Shown: positions 11,082-20,168 of the stretch, in pieces | How the letters are laid out: every line of letters starts with the position of its first letter | Numbering within the stretch: the first letter of the stretch is position 1 | Position numbers and translations under genes: made by a program | Assembly (NCBI GenBank): GCA_965219685.1 | Contig: CBDCOH010000002.1 | Location: 3,136,001 to 3,200,000 of the forward strand | Origin: Candidatus Spongiisociaceae bacterium | Lineage (GTDB): Bacteria; Actinomycetota; Acidimicrobiia; Spongiisociales; Spongiisociaceae | Length of the DNA stretch: 64,000 nucleotides | Reading direction: 5' to 3' | Notes under the pieces: model-generated | What the model saw: the letters and a program-made list of their open reading frames with translations, nothing else | Databases searched by the model: none | What the model was told of the DNA's origin: nothing

Positions 11082-11585
11082 CGTTTTCACGTGGCGCGGT
11101 GGTTCACCGAAGGCTTGACCCTGGTGCGGCGGGAACTGCAACGCCGCGACCCCGAGGAGCGGCCCCCCACGTTCGAGCCGGACCTGTTCCGAGCCCGGTT
11201 CACTCTCCTGCGGCGGGCGGATCATCTCACAGACGGGCACCAGAAGCATCTGGATCGCCTGTTCGACGCGTATCCGCGGCTCCGCACTGCCTGGGACGCG
11301 CTCCAGGAGCTCTACCAGCTCTACGAAGCCGAAGACCTCGACGGCGCCAACCAGGCCCTGGGGCGGTTCGCCGACCTCTACGCCACAGGCCAGATCCCCG
11401 AATACCACGACATCGTGGACACCATCATCGCGTGGGGAGAAGAAATCCTGGCCTACCACCGCAGCAGACGAGCAACCAACGGACCCATCGAAGGGATCAA
11501 CAACCTGCTCCAAGTCCTACGCCGCGTCGCTCACGGATTCACCAACACCAACAATTTCGCAGCCCGAGGAGTGCTCGTAACATGA
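11082..11585 (+). pseudogene. ISL3-family transposase, C-terminal fragment of a second element
   Basis: ATNGPIEGINNLLQVLRRVAHGFTN motif; N-terminus cut off at the first ISL3's end; terminal ...CGCGAAGCC follows. Confidence 0.8.
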
Positions 11586-11720
11586 CCCCCACACACCGAC
11601 AACAGCAGCCCTACCCCACGTTTTCGCGAAGCCTCAACAATTTCGCAGCCCGAGGAGTGCTCGTAACATGACCCCCACACACCGACAACAGCAGCCCTAC
11701 CCCACGTTTTCGCGAAGCCT
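11549..11720 (+). repeat. Perfect 86-bp tandem duplication of the ISL3 right end
   Basis: 11549-11634 is identical to 11635-11720 (caacaatttcgcagccc...ttttcgcgaagcct). Confidence 0.9.
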
Positions 11721-11881
11721 CTGTTCCTCCTGTGCCAACATGGGCGGTGGGGCTCCCTCTCCTCGCTGCCGTACCTAGCAGTCAGCAGCTTGGAGAGGAC
11801 CCCCCTCACCGCCTGGTATTTGGGGTCACAGGGTGGGGAATTTCACTGATCGAGAGTGGGGAATTTCACTGATCGGCAACA
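11721..11881 (-). mobile_element. IS21-family left end with the first codons of istA (truncated)
   Basis: Minus strand begins TGTTGCCGATCAGTGAAATTCCCCAC, with 20-bp internal direct repeats (11833-11852, 11856-11875), then MLAQEEQ..., which resembles actinobacterial IstA starts. Confidence 0.7.
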
Positions 11882-12243
11882 GCGGAGCGGTTACGGCGGC
11901 TCCGATCGTCACTTTCGGGCTCGGTTACCCGTTGGGCGCTTTTCTACGCCGGGTGGAGTTGTATGGGTGGTCGAGGGAAGTGGCCGCTGCGGATCTGTTG
12001 CTGGGTTCATCTTTGATGAGGTTGACCCGATTGAGTGAACGCTTCCGGTAAACCAAGTGCGGTTCAACTTGACAAACACTCAGGAGCATCCGGGTGACCA
12101 TCACTCAGCCAAACCTGGCGGGATTCACATTGGTGGACTCCAACCCCCCTGTCGGATCCCCTACTCCGCACCATTTCACGAAGGCCCCAACGTCTCAACG
12201 ATCCACCCATCTACGGTGCCGTGGCTATCGATCGTCTCTGTAG

Positions 12244-12948
12244 CTACACCAAAGCTCCATCAGGCTCTTCGTCCAGATACCTGACCATGTCACTTTGCTT
12301 AACTACGTTCAAATAAAGGCTAACGAAGAACGCAAACACGACGAATACCAGCCAAGTTTGAAAGAACACTCTCGCGTCGTAAACGTTTCGACATGCCGTC
12401 CCACACGCAGTGAGAGAAGGTTCAATCACGAAGAAGTAAACTAGAGCTATGAAAGCTAGACTTACAAGCCCCAAAATATATGGCCACATTGTAGATATAG
12501 CAGCTAGTCTCCTAAGTCTACCTTTGGAACTTCTTATCAAGTAACCCTTCGACAGATTGTGTGATCGCCAGTTATTGTACTCCACAAGAAAGGGTCTATG
12601 GGGTAGAGGGTACAGTTCAGATTGTTCCAATCTTCGTACGATATACCTCTTCACAAGAGATCCAATGTACGAGCGCCGTACATGCTCCAACCAAGCAATA
12701 CATAGTGCGCTAATGGTCGCTAAGATCACAATGTTACCTACGGCACTAAAGAGGAGGGAGTTCGGAAGTGTGGGAAAGATCGAAAGCGAACCCCCCAGTA
12801 AGAAAAGGGTGAGTATTACAGTCGTAAAGAACTTGTCCACCGTCAAACGTCGTTCATCGTAGCGGTCAGCAGACTCCAGCACTAACTGATACTGTCTCAA
12901 CAACAGCCTTCCTTCGTCTAGAGTAGAAGGATCATGTGAGCCATACAT
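12244..12948 (-). CDS. Low-GC multi-pass membrane protein, RipA-family octameric membrane protein-like (candidate defence effector)
   Basis: LLRQYQLVLESADRYDERRLTVDKFFTT, two TM helices, LCIAW...K...VRRLEQ...LPHRPFLVEY, two further TM helices; clearly AT-richer than its surroundings. Confidence 0.6.
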   Translation of the reverse strand: MYGSHDPSTLDEGRLLLRQYQLVLESADRYDERRLTVDKFFTTVILTLFLLGGSLSIFPTLPNSLLFSAVGNIVILATISALCIAWLEHVRRSYIGSLVKRYIVRRLEQSELYPLPHRPFLVEYNNWRSHNLSKGYLIRSSKGRLRRLAAISTMWPYILGLVSLAFIALVYFFVIEPSLTACGTACRNVYDARVFFQTWLVFVVFAFFVSLYLNVVKQSDMVRYLDEEPDGALV

Positions 12949-13057
12949 ACTAGGGAACCTCCTATAGATTTCTCAGTCGACTCAACTTACTCTAGAGGGA
13001 AGGGTTGTTCGAAGCAAGAGTAGGAACAGGCCAATCTGACCGGATGGATCTCTTTAG

Positions 13058-13095
13058 GGCTCTTCAGAGACGAGTAGAGATAAGGGGGATCTGCC
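13058..13095 (+). mobile_element. Isolated ISL3-type terminal inverted repeat
   Basis: ggctcttcagagacgagtagagataagggggatctg aligns with the reverse complement of the ISL3 end at 11046-11081. Confidence 0.6.
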
Positions 13096-13099
13096 AGGG

Positions 13100-13550
13100 T
13101 TGTTGATGAGCGCGTTGCACATCTGGTTGCTGTGCCGTTCCAAGGCCCATTTCAGGTTCTGTTGTGTCCTAGCCAGTGCTGTGGTACCGTTCACTTCAGC
13201 GCTGCCGGTGGCCACCGGGCGATGGTTGTCACGGTCGGTGCGTACCAGATCGGCTAACACCTAGGCGTCACAACGGTCAGATTTCGCTTCGCCCAGATGA
13301 TAAAGCGCCCGCCAACAGGGACACGGCCTTGGGATTGATCGCATACACCTGATAGCCCGCTGGGGCCAGGCTACTAACCCAGAGGCCACGATCCGTCTCG
13401 ATGCCTATCGCCACCTCGGCCAGCTCCGACTCCGATACGTGCACCCCAACCATCTCATGCAAACGGCCAATCCGCTTGATCCATCCCTGGAAGCGAGAAA
13501 GACCCAGCCGGACTCCGTGATCTTCCATAAGATGCACATCGTGGTCGCCA
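13100..13550 (-). pseudogene. Degenerate IS110-family transposase N-terminal fragment
   Basis: HDVHLM...VAIGIETDRGLWV...GYQVYAINPKAV, then AKSD..DA*VLADLVRTDRDNHRPV with a frameshift and an in-frame stop. Confidence 0.75.
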
Positions 13551-13557
13551 GCCGCGG

Positions 13558-14463
13558 TTAGCTTTTTTGGAGGGAGACGATTGAGGGTGCGGGGGGGCGG
13601 AGCCTGTTCTGGGGATTCTTCTGGCACCGGTCGGTGAGGAGGTGGGGTGTGCTGGTGGGGATGTCGAAGAGGATTCTGGTTTTGAATGGGTCGTGGGATT
13701 GCAGTAGTTCGAGGCTGGTGTAGGAGGCGCTGAGCAGCCGCTGGTTGTCGTCGATGTATTGGTCGGCCTCGGCGGCGCCGCAGAGGTGGCGTCCTCGCCG
13801 GTCGGCAGCTTCGGGCAGCATGTTGTTGTCGAAGACGAACAGGGTGGGGGGGAACCCTGTGTACCAGTTTTGCCACAGGAACTGTGGTCGGGGGGTGTTG
13901 TCGGTCTTTTTCTTGGGTGGGGTGTAGTAGCGGAGTTGCATGTATGCCTTGAGTTTCGCGACGAGTGTTTGGATGGGTTCGGTTCCCCGGTCGAACTCGA
14001 TGAAACGGACGATGCTCCCGACCCCGGCGGGACCGAAGTCGACTGCGTAGTGGATCACCGCGTCGGTAGCGAGGGACTGGTTTTCGCTGTAGGGATGCCC
14101 GACCTCTACCTCCCAGGAGCACTCATCGTCGGGGTAGGTGGCTGCGAGCTGGCTGAACGCGACGCCCACCGTGTTGGTTCCTTGTAGGTGCGGGTTGGGT
14201 TGGTCGTGGGGCCTGTAGGGACGTGGACGCACCCCGAAGGTGGCGATGGCCTGTTGGTGGCCGTCGGCGGTGAGCATCCACGAGGAGTGTTCCTTGGGGG
14301 CCCATACGTTCCAAGCGACGACGCCGGATTTGCGGAGGTGCTGCAGGGCGCGGGCTATCTGGCTGTCCGAGACGTGGGGGAACCGGGCTCGCAACTGGCC
14401 GGAGGTACCGGTGCGGCACAGGTACAGGTGGCGGTGTATGCGTCGTCGGAGGTCGACGCTCAT
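13558..14463 (-). CDS. Replication-relaxation (Replic_Relax) family protein
   Basis: N-terminal winged HTH (RALQHLRKSGVV...WMLTADG), HLQGTN, SWEVE, LATDAVIHY, FIEFDRGTEPIQTLVAKLKAY; ATGA overlap with the upstream ATPase stop. Confidence 0.8.
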   Translation of the reverse strand: MSVDLRRRIHRHLYLCRTGTSGQLRARFPHVSDSQIARALQHLRKSGVVAWNVWAPKEHSSWMLTADGHQQAIATFGVRPRPYRPHDQPNPHLQGTNTVGVAFSQLAATYPDDECSWEVEVGHPYSENQSLATDAVIHYAVDFGPAGVGSIVRFIEFDRGTEPIQTLVAKLKAYMQLRYYTPPKKKTDNTPRPQFLWQNWYTGFPPTLFVFDNNMLPEAADRRGRHLCGAAEADQYIDDNQRLLSASYTSLELLQSHDPFKTRILFDIPTSTPHLLTDRCQKNPQNRLRPPAPSIVSLQKS

Positions 14464-17320
14464 AGGTTTCCTATCCATCGCGGTCCGTCCCGGCTGTCCG
14501 GCGGGTGTTGTTTCCGGCTGCCCGGTGGGGGAGGTTTGAGGTGGTCGCGGATACGTTCGGTGAGGCTGTCGAGAGCGTCGAGGGTGTCCCCGACGTTGCG
14601 GTAGCCGCTGTTTCGGGCGATGCTCTTGGTGAGCTGTTCGGTGTCGGCGTCGTCGTTGCGGCGGTGTGCCCAGAGTGCATCGATGGGGACGGAGCCGACC
14701 TTGAACGGGTCGGTGCGTGAGCCTCGCAGTTGGACCTGGCCGACGAACGCGAATTTGGCGAGACGTTGCAGGGTTCGGGGGTTGACGTGGCCTGCCCGCT
14801 GCGTGGTGAACTTGCGGGCTCCTTCGTCGTCGACGGCGGAGGTGATGAGATGGCTGCGGTTGGTCATCATCGCGGTGAGTGTGAGGGTCGAGAGGCGCTG
14901 TGGGGCTTGGCACATGAGGTGGAGGCGTCCGCCGAACTTGCGGCTCTGCTCGGCGAGGGCGGCGGTCATCTGCCGTATCGCGTCGTCGACTATCTGCGCC
15001 TGGTCTACCCAGACATGGCAGGGACGGCGCTGGTCTTCGGGGATGTCACGTCGGGAGAGGAGCGCCTCTAGGACGCTGTACACCATGAGGGCGGCTACGA
15101 GCTTGTCTGTGTCGCCGGTACCGCGGAGACGGACCAAGATGATCCCGCCCCGGTCGATCGCCTGGCGGAGATCGAACGTCGGCTCCGACGCGCCGAGCAG
15201 CGACGCTATGGACTCGGCGGTGCGGAGACGGTCTACGAGGGACATGAGCGGTGTGAACTCGGATCCTCCGTAGGCGAACCGGGACCAGTATTCCTTGGTC
15301 TGTTGGGACAGGTGGGCGGTGACGATTCCTCGCCATTCTTCGTCGCCGAGGAGCGGCCCTAGTTGGAACACGGTCGGTTTCATACCGGGGGGGAGGATGA
15401 GCGCCGACTCGAGGAGCGTGCGGACGGAGTTGACGGTGATACCGATGGCCCGGTTGTTGATACCGTGCCGCCACCCGACCGCGGCGGCGAGAGCGTCCGA
15501 GATCGAAGCCATCCGTTCTTCGAGCTGGTCACGGTGGGTGATAGCGAACGGGTTCCACGCGGTCTGTTCGGGCTGTCCGAGTTCGAGTGAGAGCTCGTAG
15601 ACCCGATGGTGGTAGTAACCGAGGAAATCTTTGAGCCGTGTGATGCCGGTGCCGTGCGGGTCGACGAACACGACGCTATGCCCAGCATCCGCGGTAGCCA
15701 GTATCCGTCCGAGGGACGACTCGGTTTTGCCGCACCCGGAAGCTCCGCAGCAGAGCGTGAACAGCGTGTCGTCGAGGGGAACCGCCCCGAGGAAGGCTTG
15801 TTCCCTGCGGTTGCTGACAGTCCCGAGCGGCCAAAGCTCCGCGTCGGGCTGCCAGCGGGGAAGGTGGGCGGGTGGCGGAGCGACGATCCCGTCGGAGCGG
15901 ACAACGTTGGTGGAGGGACAGTTCACAGTGGGAGGTATCAACAGCCCGGCGATAGCGGACGCGTTGACCCGGTTCAGCCGCCGCCGCGTGACGCGTCCTC
16001 CGTCGAAGCGACGGTCGAAGTCCTCGCGGCGGCGGATGGAAGAGTCAGCCCCTCGGGGGAAGCCGAACAGCCGCCAGGAGCGGACCTTCCACCAGTTGTA
16101 CGAAGACCCGTACACGTCGAACGCAGCCACAGCAGACTGGAGCATCTGTGGTGGCCGTCCCTCCACCGGCGACTCCGCCTTGACGAGGATCTGAGCGAGG
16201 AACTGAACATCCGCGGTGGACATCTGCGACCAGGCCGCGTTGATCCGATCAGACGTGGCCCGTCTGCGTAGCCGCCCCTCCTGTCTGCGGGTCGCCGTGG
16301 CCGGGTCCCGTTCCCACCGGGAGCCGCGGGTGAACTCGTCACGGAACTGGTCCCGGATGTTCGGCTTCGGTGACGACCCGTCTTTCTTCTCGAAGCGGGC
16401 TATCGCCTCCTCTCCCACCGGCGTCGGGCTGCGGGGGTGACGGGAATGAGGTCGACGACGACATCGAGCGATTCGTCGGGGTCCACATTGGACATGGCGG
16501 CGACCAGCGGGGTGAGAGGATCAGGGTCGAGCGGGGTCGAGTGCAGCGGCCAGAACGCCTCGTTAGCGAGGACCATCTCCGCCCTCGCCGTGAACCGGCA
16601 CGGCGGTTCACCGCTCAGAGGGTCGGGTTCCGGTTCTGGGTCCGGCGGTGGGTGTAGGTCCACCGCGGTGTTTGCCTGCTGTTCCGACCAAACAGGCTCG
16701 GGTTGGCTGCCGAACCCAGCGAGGAGCCGCTCAGCAGCGGCCCGGTCGGCGCCGGGTTCCCTGTCCCCTCGGGGAACAGCCGCGCGCAGCCCCAACAAGT
16801 CAGCCGTCACATCCAGGAACCCCACAAACCCAGAGGGGGGACCTGACGGAGAGGGGGCTCCTCGCGGGGAGGAGGGACCTGACGGAGAGGGGGGTAGGGC
16901 AGCGGCGGAAAGGTGGGGCAGGGGCGGAAAGGTGGGGCAGGGGCGAAGGGGCTGTCGACGCCGAGAGCGGCGAAACGCTGGCCGTGGCCAGTGAGGGATC
17001 GGAGACGGGTGGTTCAGGGCGGAGTCCTTCACCCACCGAGCTGAGAACTTCTTGGGCAGGGAGAAATTCGGTTTGGTGGTACACCGCGGCCCGGAGAGGA
17101 CGCAATCGGTCCTCGGTCGTCGTAAGGGTCATGAGGCATAACCCTTCCGCTACCGCGCGGAACCGGACGCGTACACGGTCCGACTGGCGTCGGCGGAACA
17201 ACCCCACGTTACGAGTTCGTGCAAGCTGCCTCGCGAAACGCAGCACGGACTCGGGGTCCGGGTCGAACTCGTCGGTCGGCAGCAGAGCAAGCTCGACCAG
17301 TTGAGGATCTCTCACCATGG
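14460..17320 (-). pseudogene. VirD4/TraD-like (HerA/FtsK superfamily) coupling ATPase, split by two frameshifts (~16420 and ~16920)
   Basis: Walker A GASGCGKT, FVDPHG, AWNPF, Walker B-like VWVDQAQ, EQSRKFGGRLHLMCQ in ORF 14460..16418; the N-terminal part continues in ORFs 16400..17032 and 16800..17471. Confidence 0.7.
16906..16943. repeat. 19-bp tandem duplication at a frameshift in the ATPase gene
   Basis: cggaaaggtggggcagggg twice (16906-16924, 16925-16943). Confidence 0.85.
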
Positions 17321-18198
17321 CATGGCTCCTATAAGGTCTGGCCTTCGGCCAGCCCGCATTAAGAGACGGTCGGCTGACTGCCAGCGGCGCAGCGCGTGGT
17401 CGGTGACGGCAAAACGCCTGCAAACCGGCGGTTTGACGACCAGGCGACCACAGGCGATACGAAACATGCAATCCACGCTCGCACCACGCCTAGCACCTCA
17501 TCTATAGGCTCCCCTAAGCCTCGATCTAGAACTCGACCTAGAACATCCCCTAAAATCCGAAGGTTGGGGAACAACGCCAGGTGGCCATAAGGCGCGCGCC
17601 ACCGCCCGTCGGGGCCGTGGACCCACCCTGCTCGAAGCCGACCAGCCCAATCCTGTCGTGAACAGTACCGGGACCGACAGTTCTCAAACGAGTGTTATCG
17701 AACTCGGTCCGACTCGGCTGCCCGCCAAGCTCGGGTCGTATCAGTGTGCGGACGTGGATCACGGTAGGTCGGCTGTGATAGTGGTCCGGTCGCTGCTGGT
17801 CGGGAGGTCAAGGGTCGGGACCATTGAAACGGCGAATGATGGGGAGCGGATGTCCCTGTTGTGGGCCACGAGCCAGTTGGTGAGCACCCGCAATCCGGAC
17901 CCGCTGCGATTGGTGATCTGTTCCCTTCCTCGCCCGGTGATGGCTCCCTGATTGCCACTTTGGCTGTCGCGTAGCGTTTCTCAATGGTGCCCACGGTCAC
18001 CCGCGCGCGGTAGGTAACTACCACCCTGCGCCGAGCGATTTGTCATATCGGCCAGCGTAGGGTAACGCTAACCTTTGTCGTTTACTGGCACAACCGCCTG
18101 AGGCTGGCTACTATCGCGGCAGTAGCAGCCAGTTGCGGCAGCCTTCGGGGTGTCTCATGTCGTCGCCGGCGGTGCCGATTGGCAGAGGGAGGAGGCCA

Positions 18199-18402
18199 AT
18201 GGACCAGAAGATGCTTCGAACTAGCGAGGCCTGCGCCTATTTGAGTGTGTCGCGCACCACGTTTTGGCGCTGGCGGCGAAAGGGGATAGTGCCCGACGGG
18301 AGGCTCGTCGGCCGAGTGGAGTTGTGGCTTCCCTCGGAACTGGCAGCCGCTTTGGAGAAGTACAAGCGGCAGCGGCCCCGTAGGAACCCCCCAGATGCGT
18401 GA
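18199..18402 (+). CDS. AlpA/excisionase-like helix-turn-helix DNA-binding protein
   Basis: MLRTSEACAYLSVSRTTFWRWRRKGIVP...LW; GGAGG RBS before the ATG at 18199. Confidence 0.8.
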   Translation: MDQKMLRTSEACAYLSVSRTTFWRWRRKGIVPDGRLVGRVELWLPSELAAALEKYKRQRPRRNPPDA

Positions 18403-18540
18403 TTCCCTGCGGGACTGGATTGGGAGGTGCGCTCGGAGGTAGCTCATGTCGGTAGTGGGAATAGCGGACGCGGAAACGAGTCCCGATGGCAGCGGGACTC
18501 GTTTCTTAAGAGCATCTCTTGGTGAGTGCTATTGGCGGTG

Positions 18541-18570
18541 AACCCGCTGCTCGTATGGTAGCGGGTTTTT
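18541..18570 (+). terminator. Putative intrinsic terminator in the leader of the rep-dnaB operon
   Basis: aacccgctgc / gtagcgggtt stem (one G-U pair) ending in a T run. Confidence 0.55.
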
Positions 18571-18722
18571 CGGCGGCGTCTGCACTTTGAGGAGAGGAGT
18601 GAGTTACGCCGTTCCCGTTTCGTGGGGTTGCTGCCCCATCGTTGGTTGACCACGGTCCTGTTCCCGGTTCGTCGGCGGGTCGGGCTGGGGTTAGGTGGCG
18701 GAGCGAAGGTGGTGCCCGTCGG

Positions 18723-20168
18723 ATGCGTCCGGTGGGTTTGTTGGACCGTCTGCGGTGGGCTGATAGCGATGGACGGCTGGGCTGCTCTGGTTTGGCGCTG
18801 GCCGGTTTGGTCATCGCGTTGGTGGTGGAGGACACCGGCTTGTGGGGCCGCGGGTTCGTGCCGGTGCGGTATCGGCGGCTGGCAGCGGAGTCGGGCTACT
18901 CGCGGTCAACGGTGGCCCGCCGCCTGCCAGTGGTGCTGCAGCGACTCGCCGCGGTGGGCGTCGTCGACTACCGGCGCCGTCCGGGGGAGGCCTATCGGGT
19001 GCGGCTGGTGGTGGAACTCGACGTGTTGCAGCGTTGGGGGGTGGCGTGGGTGCCGTGGCCTCTGGCTGACGCGTCGCATCGGCTCCATCCGGGGGGGTGG
19101 TCTCACACGGACCGGGCCCGGGCCGCGGCCTGGTGGAGCTTCGCCAACTGGAATGGTGACATCAACGGTGCGGTGGGTGTCGAGGGTCTCGCCGCCCGCG
19201 TGGGGCTACGTCCCTCCACTCTCAAGCGGGGTCCGACTCCGGAGGGTCTGTGGTCAGACCCAGGCAAGTGTCTCTCGGTTAGCGGCTGGTCTGACGCTGG
19301 TCTGGGTGCCCATCGGCGGGATGTGCGCTATGAGGATTATCGGTGCGCGGTTGCGGCCCGCTCAGGTCGGGAGGGGGCATCGGTCCGCCGGGACGAACAC
19401 GTCCCCAATTCCTCAGCGGCGCTAGACGGTTTCGCCGAGGACCACAGCGGGGCTGATCTCTGGGAACGGTGGGGTGGTCTCATCGACGGATCCCCCAACC
19501 CTGTTGATACAACCACCAACTCTCGTACATCTTCGGCTGCGTCGTTCTTGAACTCCGGTGAAGGGATCGAAGATCACAACCAGGTGCAGAGACCGGCCGG
19601 TGGGACCTGTGGTCCGGCACGGCGGAGGACTCGCCGCACTCCGGACCGGTGGCGTTACGAAGCCGCCACCACGTCAGCCCGGTGGGAGGGGCCTGCCCCG
19701 GAGCACGTGAGGGGTCTGGCTCGACGGTTCGGGTGGCATGTCGCCGAGCAGGCCGCCCTGGAAACGCATCGGGTGGTGACGTTGGGTCGCCCGGTCCGCT
19801 CGGCTAAGGGGTTGGCTACCCATTTCGCGGTGTGTTTCGCCCGTCCCGGGTCGTGTTCGGGCCAGCATTCGGGGCCGTGCGGTCGGCTGCGGCTGGACCA
19901 GCACCGGGCGCGGCGTCTCGACGAGGAACAGGACCAGACCACCGCAAACCTCAACACGTCGGTCCGGAACCCGACCCGGACGGATCCGACCGTTGAAGGG
20001 GCGGCGGCTGCCCGAACCGGTAAGGAAGACCGGCCGGCCGATCCGGCTGCGGCCCTTGCCGAAGCCGCAAAGGATGCCTCCCCGCGGCTAAGGGCTCTCG
20101 CGGCGCGGGTCAGCAAACGGTTCGCCAGCACAACACCCGATTGCATCGGAACGGAAGCTGGTCCATGA
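18723..20168 (+). CDS. Putative replication initiator with HTH motifs
   Basis: HTH-like YRRLAAESGYSRSTVARRL and GLAARVGLRPSTLKR; stop overlaps the dnaB start (ATGA); start uncertain (ORF opens at 18642). Confidence 0.5.
   Translation: MRPVGLLDRLRWADSDGRLGCSGLALAGLVIALVVEDTGLWGRGFVPVRYRRLAAESGYSRSTVARRLPVVLQRLAAVGVVDYRRRPGEAYRVRLVVELDVLQRWGVAWVPWPLADASHRLHPGGWSHTDRARAAAWWSFANWNGDINGAVGVEGLAARVGLRPSTLKRGPTPEGLWSDPGKCLSVSGWSDAGLGAHRRDVRYEDYRCAVAARSGREGASVRRDEHVPNSSAALDGFAEDHSGADLWERWGGLIDGSPNPVDTTTNSRTSSAASFLNSGEGIEDHNQVQRPAGGTCGPARRRTRRTPDRWRYEAATTSARWEGPAPEHVRGLARRFGWHVAEQAALETHRVVTLGRPVRSAKGLATHFAVCFARPGSCSGQHSGPCGRLRLDQHRARRLDEEQDQTTANLNTSVRNPTRTDPTVEGAAAARTGKEDRPADPAAALAEAAKDASPRLRALAARVSKRFASTTPDCIGTEAGP

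Noticed and set aside
11833-11875. 20-bp direct repeat pair as a mini-CRISPR
   Set aside because: The spacer is only 3 bp and there are no cas genes; the arrangement is typical of IS21 terminal repeats
9110-13550. IS110 bridge-RNA system
   Set aside because: Both IS110 copies are truncated pseudogenes and their non-coding ends cannot be delimited here
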